Source: Synergistaceae bacterium
Lineage (GTDB): Bacteria; Synergistota; Synergistia; Synergistales; Synergistaceae
Direction of reading: 5' to 3'
DNA: 42,278 bases
Assembly: GCA_012727545.1 (NCBI GenBank)
Contig: JAAYHA010000169.1
Location: 1-42,278 of the forward strand
Position 1 is the stretch's first letter. The number at the start of each line of letters is the position of its first letter. The position numbers were made by a program, and so were the translations under genes. Positions 18,270-26,010 of the stretch are shown piece by piece. The notes beneath the pieces are model-generated. The model did no database searches. It was not told where the DNA came from and saw only the letters and a list, made by a program, of their open reading frames with translations.

Positions 18270-18617
18270 TCCATTACCACTCCATTCTTATTTGTAACAG
18301 TGATTTTTTATCATCTCACAAAAGCCCCAAACTTCAAAGCCTTCTACACATCAATTTAAGGCGACATTAATATCTCTAAGCCTGCCTGCTTTAGTCTACT
18401 ACAAACTGCCGCTGCTGAGCAATTAAGCCAATAAAGAGTGAACAGGGTCTTAAGATATTGATATTCATCCATATTTGCGCTGATCACCTATTTTTATCGA
18501 GACCCCGTTTCATCAAAGATCACATATTTGGTGATATATTGTCTAAAGCCCTGCTGAAACTGATATATTTGCGCCCAGGATCAAAAATTAATATACTGAA
18601 ATTAGGCTATATATTTC

Positions 18618-18663
18618 TTGACAAGGCCATAAAGCCGTAGGATAATCGGTTAGCCTAAAGCAA
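18618..18663 (+). promoter_or_regulatory. feoAB promoter with overlapping DtxR/IdeR-like operator
   Basis: TTGACA (18618-18623), 17 bp spacer, GATAAT (18641-18646). ATCGGTTAGCCTAAAGCAA (18645-18663) matches the DtxR consensus at 14/19. Confidence 0.6.
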
Positions 18664-18699
18664 CTGGCATAAAAACAGAACAATGGGGGACTGCACCAT

Positions 18700-18975
18700 A
18701 TGAACCTCTTACAGGTAAAAGACGAAGAGAGTGCTGTAATAAAGAGCATTCCGCAGGGCGAATCAGGTGAACGGCTTGAAGCGCTCGGACTTAGAGTGGG
18801 CAAAAGGATCCGAAAGGTTTCCGGGATGCCCTTCGGCGGCCCTATAACTCTCCTGCTTGACGGAAGGCACTTCGCCGTGGCACATGCCATTGCCGGCAAG
18901 ATCGAAGTTGAAGGCTTAGACTCCCCCCCCCAGCCGGCTGTTGAAAAAAGCCGTCTGTGGCCCAAGTTTATATGA
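18700..18975 (+). CDS. feoA: Ferrous iron transport protein A
   Basis: RLEALGLRVG, PFGGPI and A.KIEV SH3-like FeoA pattern; directly upstream of feoB. Confidence 0.9.
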   Translation: MNLLQVKDEESAVIKSIPQGESGERLEALGLRVGKRIRKVSGMPFGGPITLLLDGRHFAVAHAIAGKIEVEGLDSPPQPAVEKSRLWPKFI

Positions 18976-20759
18976 GCTGCCGCGACTGCAGCCTCTGCAA
19001 GGTCAGAGGCAATAAATGCCCCTCAATATCTCAGGATTGCGGCCGCGTCCTTCTTATGGGAAATCCGAACGTTGGAAAGAGCGTCTTCTTTTCAAGGCTT
19101 ACCGGGACCCACGCCCTATCTTCAAATTACCCCGGCACAACTGTAGGCTTTACCGAGGGAACTATGAGATACGGCGGCAAAACTGCCAGACTGATAGACG
19201 TTCCCGGAGCGTACACACTTGACCCCACCAACGAAGCAGAAATGATAGCGCGCCGTATTTTAAATGACGGCGCAGATGTCGTCATACTTGTTATCGACGC
19301 GACCGCCCTTGAAAGAAATCTTGTCATGGCAATGCAGGTGCTTGAACACGGAATTCCCGTCGTAGTCGCACTCAACATGGTCGATGAAGCAAGACACAGG
19401 GGAATCCTTATAGATATACCAAAACTTGAAGAAGAGTTGGGAGTTCCGATAGTTCCTACCGTAGCGGTGACCGGGCAGGGACTAAGCGATCTCATAGCAA
19501 AAATGGAAGAGGCAAAGATAAGCCATCTGCAGCCAATGTCCAAGGAAGTCCGCTGGCAGGTCATCGGTGAGGTCATAACTAAGGTACAGACTGTCACTCA
19601 CAGGCACCACACCGCTATGGACAGGATCGAGGACGTATCAGCTCATCCCGTACTGGGCGGAATAATGGGATTTCTTGTGCTGATACTGGGATTTACGGCT
19701 ATCAGATTCGTTGGAGAGGGCATAATCACCCATGTAACGGACCCGATTTTTGAGAACTTATGGATGCCTGTACTTGAAAAACTAAACACCATGCTTGGAG
19801 AAGGTCCTGTAAGGAATATCCTGATCGGGACCCTCATAGATGGTGAGATAGACCTGGAGCAAAGTCTCGGAGTCCTCTCAACTGGATTATATGTAGAATT
19901 CGGGATGGTCCTCCCATATATAATAGCCTTCTATTCAGGACTGAGCTTCCTTGAAGACTTCGGTTACCTGCCAAGGCTTGCTGTAGTCTTCGATGCCCTT
20001 CTGCACAAGTTTGGAATACATGGCTATGCAATAATCCCGACCCTGCTTGGTTTCGGATGCAACGTCCCCGGTATCCTCGGAACACGCGTTCTTGAATCCG
20101 AAAGGGAGAGATTTATAGCTGCCACTCTTATCTCCGTCGGCATTCCCTGCGTCTCTATCCAGGCAATGCTCTCGGCAACTCTGGGTGAGTTCGGGATGAT
20201 CTATGTAGCTGCGGTATACGGGATACTCTTCTGCGTATGGCTGGTGTTGGGAAGGATAATGCACCTGACGCTGAAAGGCTACAGTCCCGAGCTGATAGTG
20301 GAGATCCCGCCCTACAGAATGCCATCTATGAAAGCCTGGATTAACAAGCTGTGGTTCAGGATCAAGGATTTTCTATATGAAGCCACTCCCCTGGTATTGC
20401 TTGGCATTTTCCTTGTAAATATACTTGAGACCATAGGCGTTATGGAAAAGGTCGCAAAAGCTCTCTCTCCGGTGTTTGAAGGCTTCCTCGGACTTCCTTC
20501 TGCTACTGCTGTACCCATAGTTATGGGAGTCTTCAGGAAAGACATCGCCATGGGGCTGCTGATACCTCTTGAGCTCTCCGCTTCACAGACCCTTATTGCC
20601 GTAGTAGTTCTTGCTATGACATTCCCATGCATAGCGACCTTCATAATCCTCTGGAAGGAGCTTGGGACTAAAAGGATGCTGATGAGCTCAGGCATAATGA
20701 TCACAGCCGCACTGCTCACCGGTGGACTTATGAACCTCTTCTTTAAAATCATACTATAA
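18972..20759 (+). CDS. feoB: Ferrous iron transporter B (compact form)
   Basis: GNPNVGKS, NYPGTTV, DVPGAY, NMVD, LEDFGYLPR, GFGCNVP and PCIAT. ATG at 18972 forms an ATGA overlap with the feoA stop. Confidence 0.93.
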   Translation: MSCRDCSLCKVRGNKCPSISQDCGRVLLMGNPNVGKSVFFSRLTGTHALSSNYPGTTVGFTEGTMRYGGKTARLIDVPGAYTLDPTNEAEMIARRILNDGADVVILVIDATALERNLVMAMQVLEHGIPVVVALNMVDEARHRGILIDIPKLEEELGVPIVPTVAVTGQGLSDLIAKMEEAKISHLQPMSKEVRWQVIGEVITKVQTVTHRHHTAMDRIEDVSAHPVLGGIMGFLVLILGFTAIRFVGEGIITHVTDPIFENLWMPVLEKLNTMLGEGPVRNILIGTLIDGEIDLEQSLGVLSTGLYVEFGMVLPYIIAFYSGLSFLEDFGYLPRLAVVFDALLHKFGIHGYAIIPTLLGFGCNVPGILGTRVLESERERFIAATLISVGIPCVSIQAMLSATLGEFGMIYVAAVYGILFCVWLVLGRIMHLTLKGYSPELIVEIPPYRMPSMKAWINKLWFRIKDFLYEATPLVLLGIFLVNILETIGVMEKVAKALSPVFEGFLGLPSATAVPIVMGVFRKDIAMGLLIPLELSASQTLIAVVVLAMTFPCIATFIILWKELGTKRMLMSSGIMITAALLTGGLMNLFFKIIL

Positions 20760-20760
20760 T

Positions 20761-20926
20761 GATCACATGATCTAACTTTCCACCTCTTGCTGCTTGTGGA
20801 TCGAAACCTCTGATTTTCGTCTTCTCCACATGTTTATCAGCGGAGAACCAATGGCTCTAAAATATTGAAGTCGCTCGATTCCCGCTAGGAGCATGCGGGA
20901 AAGACGGTGGGAAAGTTGGATCACAT
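20761..20926. repeat. Nested palindromic intergenic element (REP/MITE-like)
   Basis: Outer inverted repeat 20768-20788 / 20901-20923; two inner hairpin units (20818-20849, 20877-20906) that are imperfect inverted copies; GATCACAT at both ends. Confidence 0.6.
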
Positions 20927-20958
20927 AACTGTTTAGTTAACGGAGAAAAGGGAGGGGT

Positions 20959-21810
20959 ATGATGAAAAGGGTCATTTCTGTACTTATCATGATGCTTCTT
21001 CTTGAAACTTCCCTTTTAGCCGCAGATAAAACGGTTACAGTTGCCCTCCCTGTGCAGGCGGACATCGGACAGCCATTTTTGGTCTCAATAAGGTCTGGAT
21101 CGTCATTGCAGGACGTTTCTGTTTCATGGCAGGGAAAGGATTCTCAGCTTACCACTGATAACGGTGTTTTCAGCGTCCTTTTGGGAACAGACCTTAAAAA
21201 CGCGAAAGCCGGAAAAAGCGAGATCCGCGTAAGTGCCATGGTCGACGGCGAATTTTGGGAACATAGAGATGAGATCAAACTTGTCGCGCATAAATATCCC
21301 CGAGAGAACCTGACAGTAGAAGTTGAAAAGCTGACGCCTCCCAAAAGCCTCAGTGAGAGGATAAAGAAAGAAGCGGAGCTTGGCAGGGCAGCAATACAGA
21401 CAAACACCCCAGGATCAGCGCCTATGCTTCCTCTTTTGCGGCCCGTTCCCGGCAGTTATACCTCCGTTTACGGAAAGAGCAGGTATTTCAACGGTCAGTT
21501 TAAAGGAAGGCATGGAGGTGTAGACATGAGAGCTCCTGTGGGGACGCCTGTCAAAGCTGCAGCTTCGGGCAAAGTTGTTTTGACGGGGGACTTCTGGTTT
21601 GCGGGCAAATGCGTATACATAGACCACGGGGCAGGACTCATATCTTTTTACTGTCATATGTCGAAGGTTTCAAAATCAAAGGGAGATGACGTCGGACGCG
21701 GAGAAACAATAGGACTTTCCGGAAAAAGCGGCAGGGTTACCGGCCCTCACCTTCATTTTAGCCTCTCCTGGCGCGGAGAATTCTTTGACCCCGCTCCCCT
21801 TCTGAAATAG
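20959..21810 (+). CDS. Exported M23 family metallopeptidase
   Basis: Signal peptide; HGGVD, IDHG, YCHMS and TGPHLHF zinc motifs. Confidence 0.92.
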   Translation: MMKRVISVLIMMLLLETSLLAADKTVTVALPVQADIGQPFLVSIRSGSSLQDVSVSWQGKDSQLTTDNGVFSVLLGTDLKNAKAGKSEIRVSAMVDGEFWEHRDEIKLVAHKYPRENLTVEVEKLTPPKSLSERIKKEAELGRAAIQTNTPGSAPMLPLLRPVPGSYTSVYGKSRYFNGQFKGRHGGVDMRAPVGTPVKAAASGKVVLTGDFWFAGKCVYIDHGAGLISFYCHMSKVSKSKGDDVGRGETIGLSGKSGRVTGPHLHFSLSWRGEFFDPAPLLK

Positions 21811-21820
21811 GAGCACTTAA

Positions 21821-22684
21821 ATGAAAGATACGACAAGAAGCCTCATAGAGATCCACATAGCGGTCGTCCTGTTCGGACTTTCAGGCCTCTTTGCCAGGTA
21901 TGTCGGACAGCCTGCCGTAATAATTGCCCTCGGCAGGGTCTTTTTTGCAAGCATCTCTATGTACCTCCTTTTCAGGTACAGTGGGACTAGAATCGGACTC
22001 AGGTCAAAAAGTGATTATCTGACCCTGGCCTTAGCCGGCTTGATGCTGGCAGTCCACTGGACTACTTTCTTTCTCTCCATCCAGGTCTCGACAGTGGCGA
22101 TAGGAGTCCTTACCTTTTCGACCTTCCCTCTATTTATCACGTTCCTGGAACCGCTGCTGTTCGGCGAAAGGATAAAAACAGCTGACGTTCTGTGCGCTTG
22201 CGTTATGTTTACCGGAGTCATGATAATTGTTCCGGAATTTCATATCAGCAATAACATCACAATGGGGATAATATGGGGAATGACCTGCAGCCTTACCTAT
22301 GCAGCGCTCTCGCTGATAAACAGAAAATTCGTAAAAAAATACTCAGGAAGGGTCATTGCCTTTTACGAACAGGGTACAGCAACTCTGGTCCTGCTCCCTG
22401 CCTTCTTTATATACAGGCCGGTCTTTACGGTGACAAGCATCTTTCTCCTTGTCCTGCTCGGAGTCCTTTTCACAGCAGCCGCCCATTCCATGTTTATCAA
22501 CGGGATGAAAAGCGTAAGGGCACAGACGGCCGGGATGATAGCAAGCCTTGAATCTGTTTACGGAATAGCCGCAGCCGCTGTATTTCTCGGTGAGATACCA
22601 TCCTTCAATGAGTTTGCAGGAGGAGTATTGATCTTATCTGCCGCCCTCTATTCGACAATGAAGGCATCAAAAGCGGCAGAATGA
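21821..22684 (+). CDS. DMT/EamA family transporter
   Basis: Ten hydrophobic segments in two repeats; LEPLLFGE and LESVYG....FLGE. Confidence 0.9.
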   Translation: MKDTTRSLIEIHIAVVLFGLSGLFARYVGQPAVIIALGRVFFASISMYLLFRYSGTRIGLRSKSDYLTLALAGLMLAVHWTTFFLSIQVSTVAIGVLTFSTFPLFITFLEPLLFGERIKTADVLCACVMFTGVMIIVPEFHISNNITMGIIWGMTCSLTYAALSLINRKFVKKYSGRVIAFYEQGTATLVLLPAFFIYRPVFTVTSIFLLVLLGVLFTAAAHSMFINGMKSVRAQTAGMIASLESVYGIAAAAVFLGEIPSFNEFAGGVLILSAALYSTMKASKAAE

Positions 22685-22697
22685 CCTGCCGCTTTTT
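22669..22697. terminator. Bidirectional terminator between convergent EamA and CobT-like genes
   Basis: AAAAGCGGCAG/CTGCCGCTTTT perfect inverted repeat spanning the EamA stop. Confidence 0.8.
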
Positions 22698-22730
22698 CAT
22701 ATCCGGTTAAACGTAAATATGAAAATATTC

Positions 22731-23720
22731 TCAGGAGGTCAGGACTGAGTAGAGTTTTTCGGTCCGGTCTGTGATCTTTTGGACCGTTGCGCCGTTTTGG
22801 AGCGCATACCAGACTGCCCCTCCCATTCCGACCCCCTCCTTGACATATCCCTTTTCATAATCTGCCAGACCCGGGAACTTTGAAGCTGAAAAATCAAGGG
22901 GGGCCGAGTACCAGTCGACGCCGATCTTTTCTGCATATTCGACGAAACAGCTCGTACTGTCCCGGCATATATATTTAGTTGTAGCTACCAGCAAAGGCCT
23001 TGTTACCTTCATGTCCCGCAGGAGGGCTGCAACAGCCATCATCTGTGTGCCTCCCGCCAGGATCACCTCTGCATCTGTCGGCAGCGCCGACACGAAGGAA
23101 GCTACCGATATCTGCATCGGGTCTCCCACCTCTGCCGCTGCTGTGAGCCCCATGCCTTGCATCCCGCCTGTTTTGATGCCCAGCCTTGAGGCTACTGCGT
23201 TCCATATCTCTTCCTTTTTGGACAGGGGGTTTACCGGTCCTGCCGATGAAACTGTCCCGTTGTATCCAAGAGATCTCAGAAGAAGAAGGGCGGTCGTTGT
23301 ACCTCCCGGAATGGACTCGGCAAGGACAAACTTTTTTATGCCGGCTCCTGCCAGATCTTTCGCTGCCTCTATGGCTTTTTCAGAGATCTTTGAGTAGTCC
23401 GGCACGGCAGTCCCGGTCCTCGGATCCCTGCCGGGAAGTGCGCCGAGATCCCTGAAGGGTGCCACCGGAGCTATAGATGTACCGGCCCTGATGTTCATCA
23501 CCGGCAGTCCACCCTCCAGCACTGCTGCCTTGGTGACAAGGGCCGGAGTCGGATGGCCGGACGGGTCGATAGGGATACAGTCGATGACCCTCGGCCTCTC
23601 GTAATAGAGCATATCCGCATCTGCCGGCGCAGTATAGGGAAGAGCATCGACATTGGCCCCCGCTGCGGAGAGCCCCTTCTCCCTGGACAGGTCTGTCTCA
23701 CTGATAAATAGTATAAACAT
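22731..23720 (-). CDS. cobT: Nicotinate-mononucleotide:lower-ligand phosphoribosyltransferase, archaeal/cyanobacterial CobT type
   Basis: SAAG, PTPALVT, ESIPGGTTTAL, GDPMQ, LAGGTQM and YEKGYVKEGVGMGG motifs. Confidence 0.82.
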   Translation of the reverse strand: MFILFISETDLSREKGLSAAGANVDALPYTAPADADMLYYERPRVIDCIPIDPSGHPTPALVTKAAVLEGGLPVMNIRAGTSIAPVAPFRDLGALPGRDPRTGTAVPDYSKISEKAIEAAKDLAGAGIKKFVLAESIPGGTTTALLLLRSLGYNGTVSSAGPVNPLSKKEEIWNAVASRLGIKTGGMQGMGLTAAAEVGDPMQISVASFVSALPTDAEVILAGGTQMMAVAALLRDMKVTRPLLVATTKYICRDSTSCFVEYAEKIGVDWYSAPLDFSASKFPGLADYEKGYVKEGVGMGGAVWYALQNGATVQKITDRTEKLYSVLTS

Positions 23721-23919
23721 GAGTTGCTTTTACCCCCTGTACTAACTCAGAAATAAGAGTTAGAATCGTCTTTGTGGTCTCTGTTCTTAGCAGAGCTTGT
23801 TGTTTTTTGGGCAGAATTAAACACCAAAAGAAATTCTAACACGTTTTGGCTCAACAGACCCCGCACCAATTGTTTTTTAGATCGAAGGCAATGACACTTA
23901 AGCGGCAAAGGGGGATCTT

Positions 23920-24537
23920 ATGGCTACCAAGCTTGCTCCAACCAGGGGAAACCTTGTAAAAATCACACGCTCCATGGAAATGGCACAGTCGGGACATGAT
24001 CTCCTGGATCAAAAACGACAGGTCCTTATGATGGAGCTTGTCCGGTTTATAGATTCCGCAAAGACTATCCAGAAGGATGTTGAACGAATTTTCAAAGAGG
24101 CATATGATGCCCTTCAAAAGGCAAACATATCTCTTGGGATAGATACTGTTGAAGATATTTCAGAGGCTGTCCCTATTACAACTGACATCACCGTTCGTCT
24201 TCGCTCTGTAATGGGGGTCGAGATACCTGATGTAGATCCATTATCAGACAAGACCATCCCCAGTTATTCTTTTTACGGATCTTCGGGAGCGATGGATGCG
24301 GCATATTCAAAATTCCGAAAAGTAATGGTTCTCCTTGCACAACTTGCAGAAGTTGAAACAAGCGTTTACAGGCTTGCTGTCCAGATAAGAAAAACACACA
24401 GGCGGGTAAATGCTCTTGAAAAGGTTGTTATCCCTTCAAACCGGGCCGATATAAGATTTATATCAGACGTCCTGGAAGAGGGGGAACGTGAAGACTTTAC
24501 AAGGATGAAGATGGCTCAGAAAAAGACAAAAAAGTAG
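23920..24537 (+). CDS. V/A-type ATP synthase subunit D
   Basis: PTRGNL, GHDLLDQKR, IRKTHRRVNALE and LEEGEREDF.R.K. Confidence 0.95.
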   Translation: MATKLAPTRGNLVKITRSMEMAQSGHDLLDQKRQVLMMELVRFIDSAKTIQKDVERIFKEAYDALQKANISLGIDTVEDISEAVPITTDITVRLRSVMGVEIPDVDPLSDKTIPSYSFYGSSGAMDAAYSKFRKVMVLLAQLAEVETSVYRLAVQIRKTHRRVNALEKVVIPSNRADIRFISDVLEEGEREDFTRMKMAQKKTKK

Positions 24538-24553
24538 TCAAATTCCGGAGGTA

Positions 24554-24907
24554 ATGACAATGGGTACGTTGCAGGAAGTTCTCGCAGTTCTGCTTGGAGC
24601 GGAATCAGAGGCAAAAAGGATCGTTGAGGATTCAAAAAATGAATCAGATGGCTTTCTTCGCACAGCGCAGGAAAAGTTTGCCATGGAACGTGCAAACCAG
24701 ATGGCTTCGGCAAGGGAGCAGGCAAAGGGCCTGATGGAGACTGCCCTCAATTCAGCAAGGACAGAAGCTGAACAGATCGCCGTCCTTGGAAAAGAGGAAA
24801 GGACCCGTATGCAGAAGCGCTTCGAAGAGAACGTCGACCCTGTTATTGATTCTATGGTATCTGAGATCGCAGAAAGATACATTTCAAAAACCAAAAGGGG
24901 TAATTAA
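24554..24907 (+). CDS. V/A-type ATP synthase peripheral stalk subunit G(H)
   Basis: Charged, Ala/Glu-rich coiled coil (AESEAKRIVE) of 117 aa inside the ATPase operon. Confidence 0.75.
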   Translation: MTMGTLQEVLAVLLGAESEAKRIVEDSKNESDGFLRTAQEKFAMERANQMASAREQAKGLMETALNSARTEAEQIAVLGKEERTRMQKRFEENVDPVIDSMVSEIAERYISKTKRGN

Positions 24908-24909
24908 GG

Positions 24910-26010
24910 TTGCACTCAACTTCAAAGGGGCAGGCAACAGCCATAGGTGTTAAGTCACACGTACTCTTCAGCAAGCTTCTTACTTCTGAAGAATACTGGG
25001 CGTTGCTGAACCTTAACAGCATCAGTGAGATAGCAGATTTCCTTAAACAGACTGAAGGATATAAAGAACACCTTGAAACTCTGCCTACCGCGAAGGTGCA
25101 CCGTGTAAATCTTGAGAATGCAGTGAAGTCGGCGATACTCTCTGAAGCAACGGCATTCTTATTCTACCTTTCTGGACCCAGACGCCAGCTGTTTATAGAC
25201 TGGCTTGGGTGGTACGAGGCAGAGCATCTGAAAAGCATTTTCAGATGGGTAAGGACGAAGAGGCTTGACCGCGATGAAATGAGAAAACGTCTTTTTGCTG
25301 TCCCGGGATCAAAACTCTCCTATGACCTTCTGCTGAACAGCAGGGACTACAATGATGTACTTGATGCACTAAAAGACACAAGATATTATAGGGTCCTCAC
25401 AGAACCGGTCAAACGCCTGATCAACGGGGAGGAGTCTCTTTTTTCGCTTGAGATCGCGATAGACAACCTTGTAGAAACATCTTTATACAACGACCTTAAA
25501 GATCTGCCGGAAAACGAGCAGAAATTACTTGAGCCAATGTTCGGGACCAGGATCGACCTTCTTAACCTTTACCATTTCCACAGGTGCGTATGGTATTACC
25601 ACATGACGCTCGAAGAGACGCTCAGCAGGATGCTCCCGGTCAAATACAAGGTAAAGACCCACCACCTAAGGGATATGACAAAAGGCACAAGCTGGGAAGA
25701 GAGGATCGACAGACTTGGGGCAACTTTTCCTGTTTATGCCGAAATATTCAGAAATGCCCTTCAACAGGAAGACAAGGAACTGGCACTTGAGATGTCCATA
25801 AAGAGATACAACTATCTCAAGGCCCTGGCTATATTCCAGAAGGGATCTCCGGGTTTTCATACAGCTATCAGTTACTTTATATTAAAATCTCATGAATTGG
25901 ACGATGTGATCCGTGTGATAGAAAATGTCAGATATGATTATGATCGCAGGAATGCGGCCAATTACCTTATAAGGCCGATAATCAGCGGGGGTGAACCCAT
26001 ATGGCAGTAA
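24910..26010 (+). CDS. V/A-type ATP synthase subunit C (d)
   Basis: 366 aa, SKLLT..Y..L N-terminus, L..T.Y repeats and ID..NL; precedes subunit I. Confidence 0.85.
   Translation: MHSTSKGQATAIGVKSHVLFSKLLTSEEYWALLNLNSISEIADFLKQTEGYKEHLETLPTAKVHRVNLENAVKSAILSEATAFLFYLSGPRRQLFIDWLGWYEAEHLKSIFRWVRTKRLDRDEMRKRLFAVPGSKLSYDLLLNSRDYNDVLDALKDTRYYRVLTEPVKRLINGEESLFSLEIAIDNLVETSLYNDLKDLPENEQKLLEPMFGTRIDLLNLYHFHRCVWYYHMTLEETLSRMLPVKYKVKTHHLRDMTKGTSWEERIDRLGATFPVYAEIFRNALQQEDKELALEMSIKRYNYLKALAIFQKGSPGFHTAISYFILKSHELDDVIRVIENVRYDYDRRNAANYLIRPIISGGEPIWQ

Noticed and set aside
18458-18640. 60-aa ORF upstream of feoA
   Set aside because: It has no SD or recognisable motif and overlaps the predicted feo promoter.
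18923-18975. Frameshift-generated FeoA-FeoB fusion
   Set aside because: The feoB frame has a TGA at 18942-18944 between the C tract and the feoB start.
20761-20926. 6S RNA, SRP RNA, tRNA or CRISPR identity for the palindromic element
   Set aside because: There is no SRP GGAA-loop motif, cloverleaf or repeat-spacer periodicity. It is branched rather than a 6S-like rod, although cmscan would be needed to exclude this formally.
23721-23919. Cobalamin or Na+ riboswitch between divergent cobT and the ATPase operon
   Set aside because: Only two small hairpins (CTAACTC/GAGTTAG, CTCTG/CAGAG) are present; I see no B12-box or other recognisable consensus.
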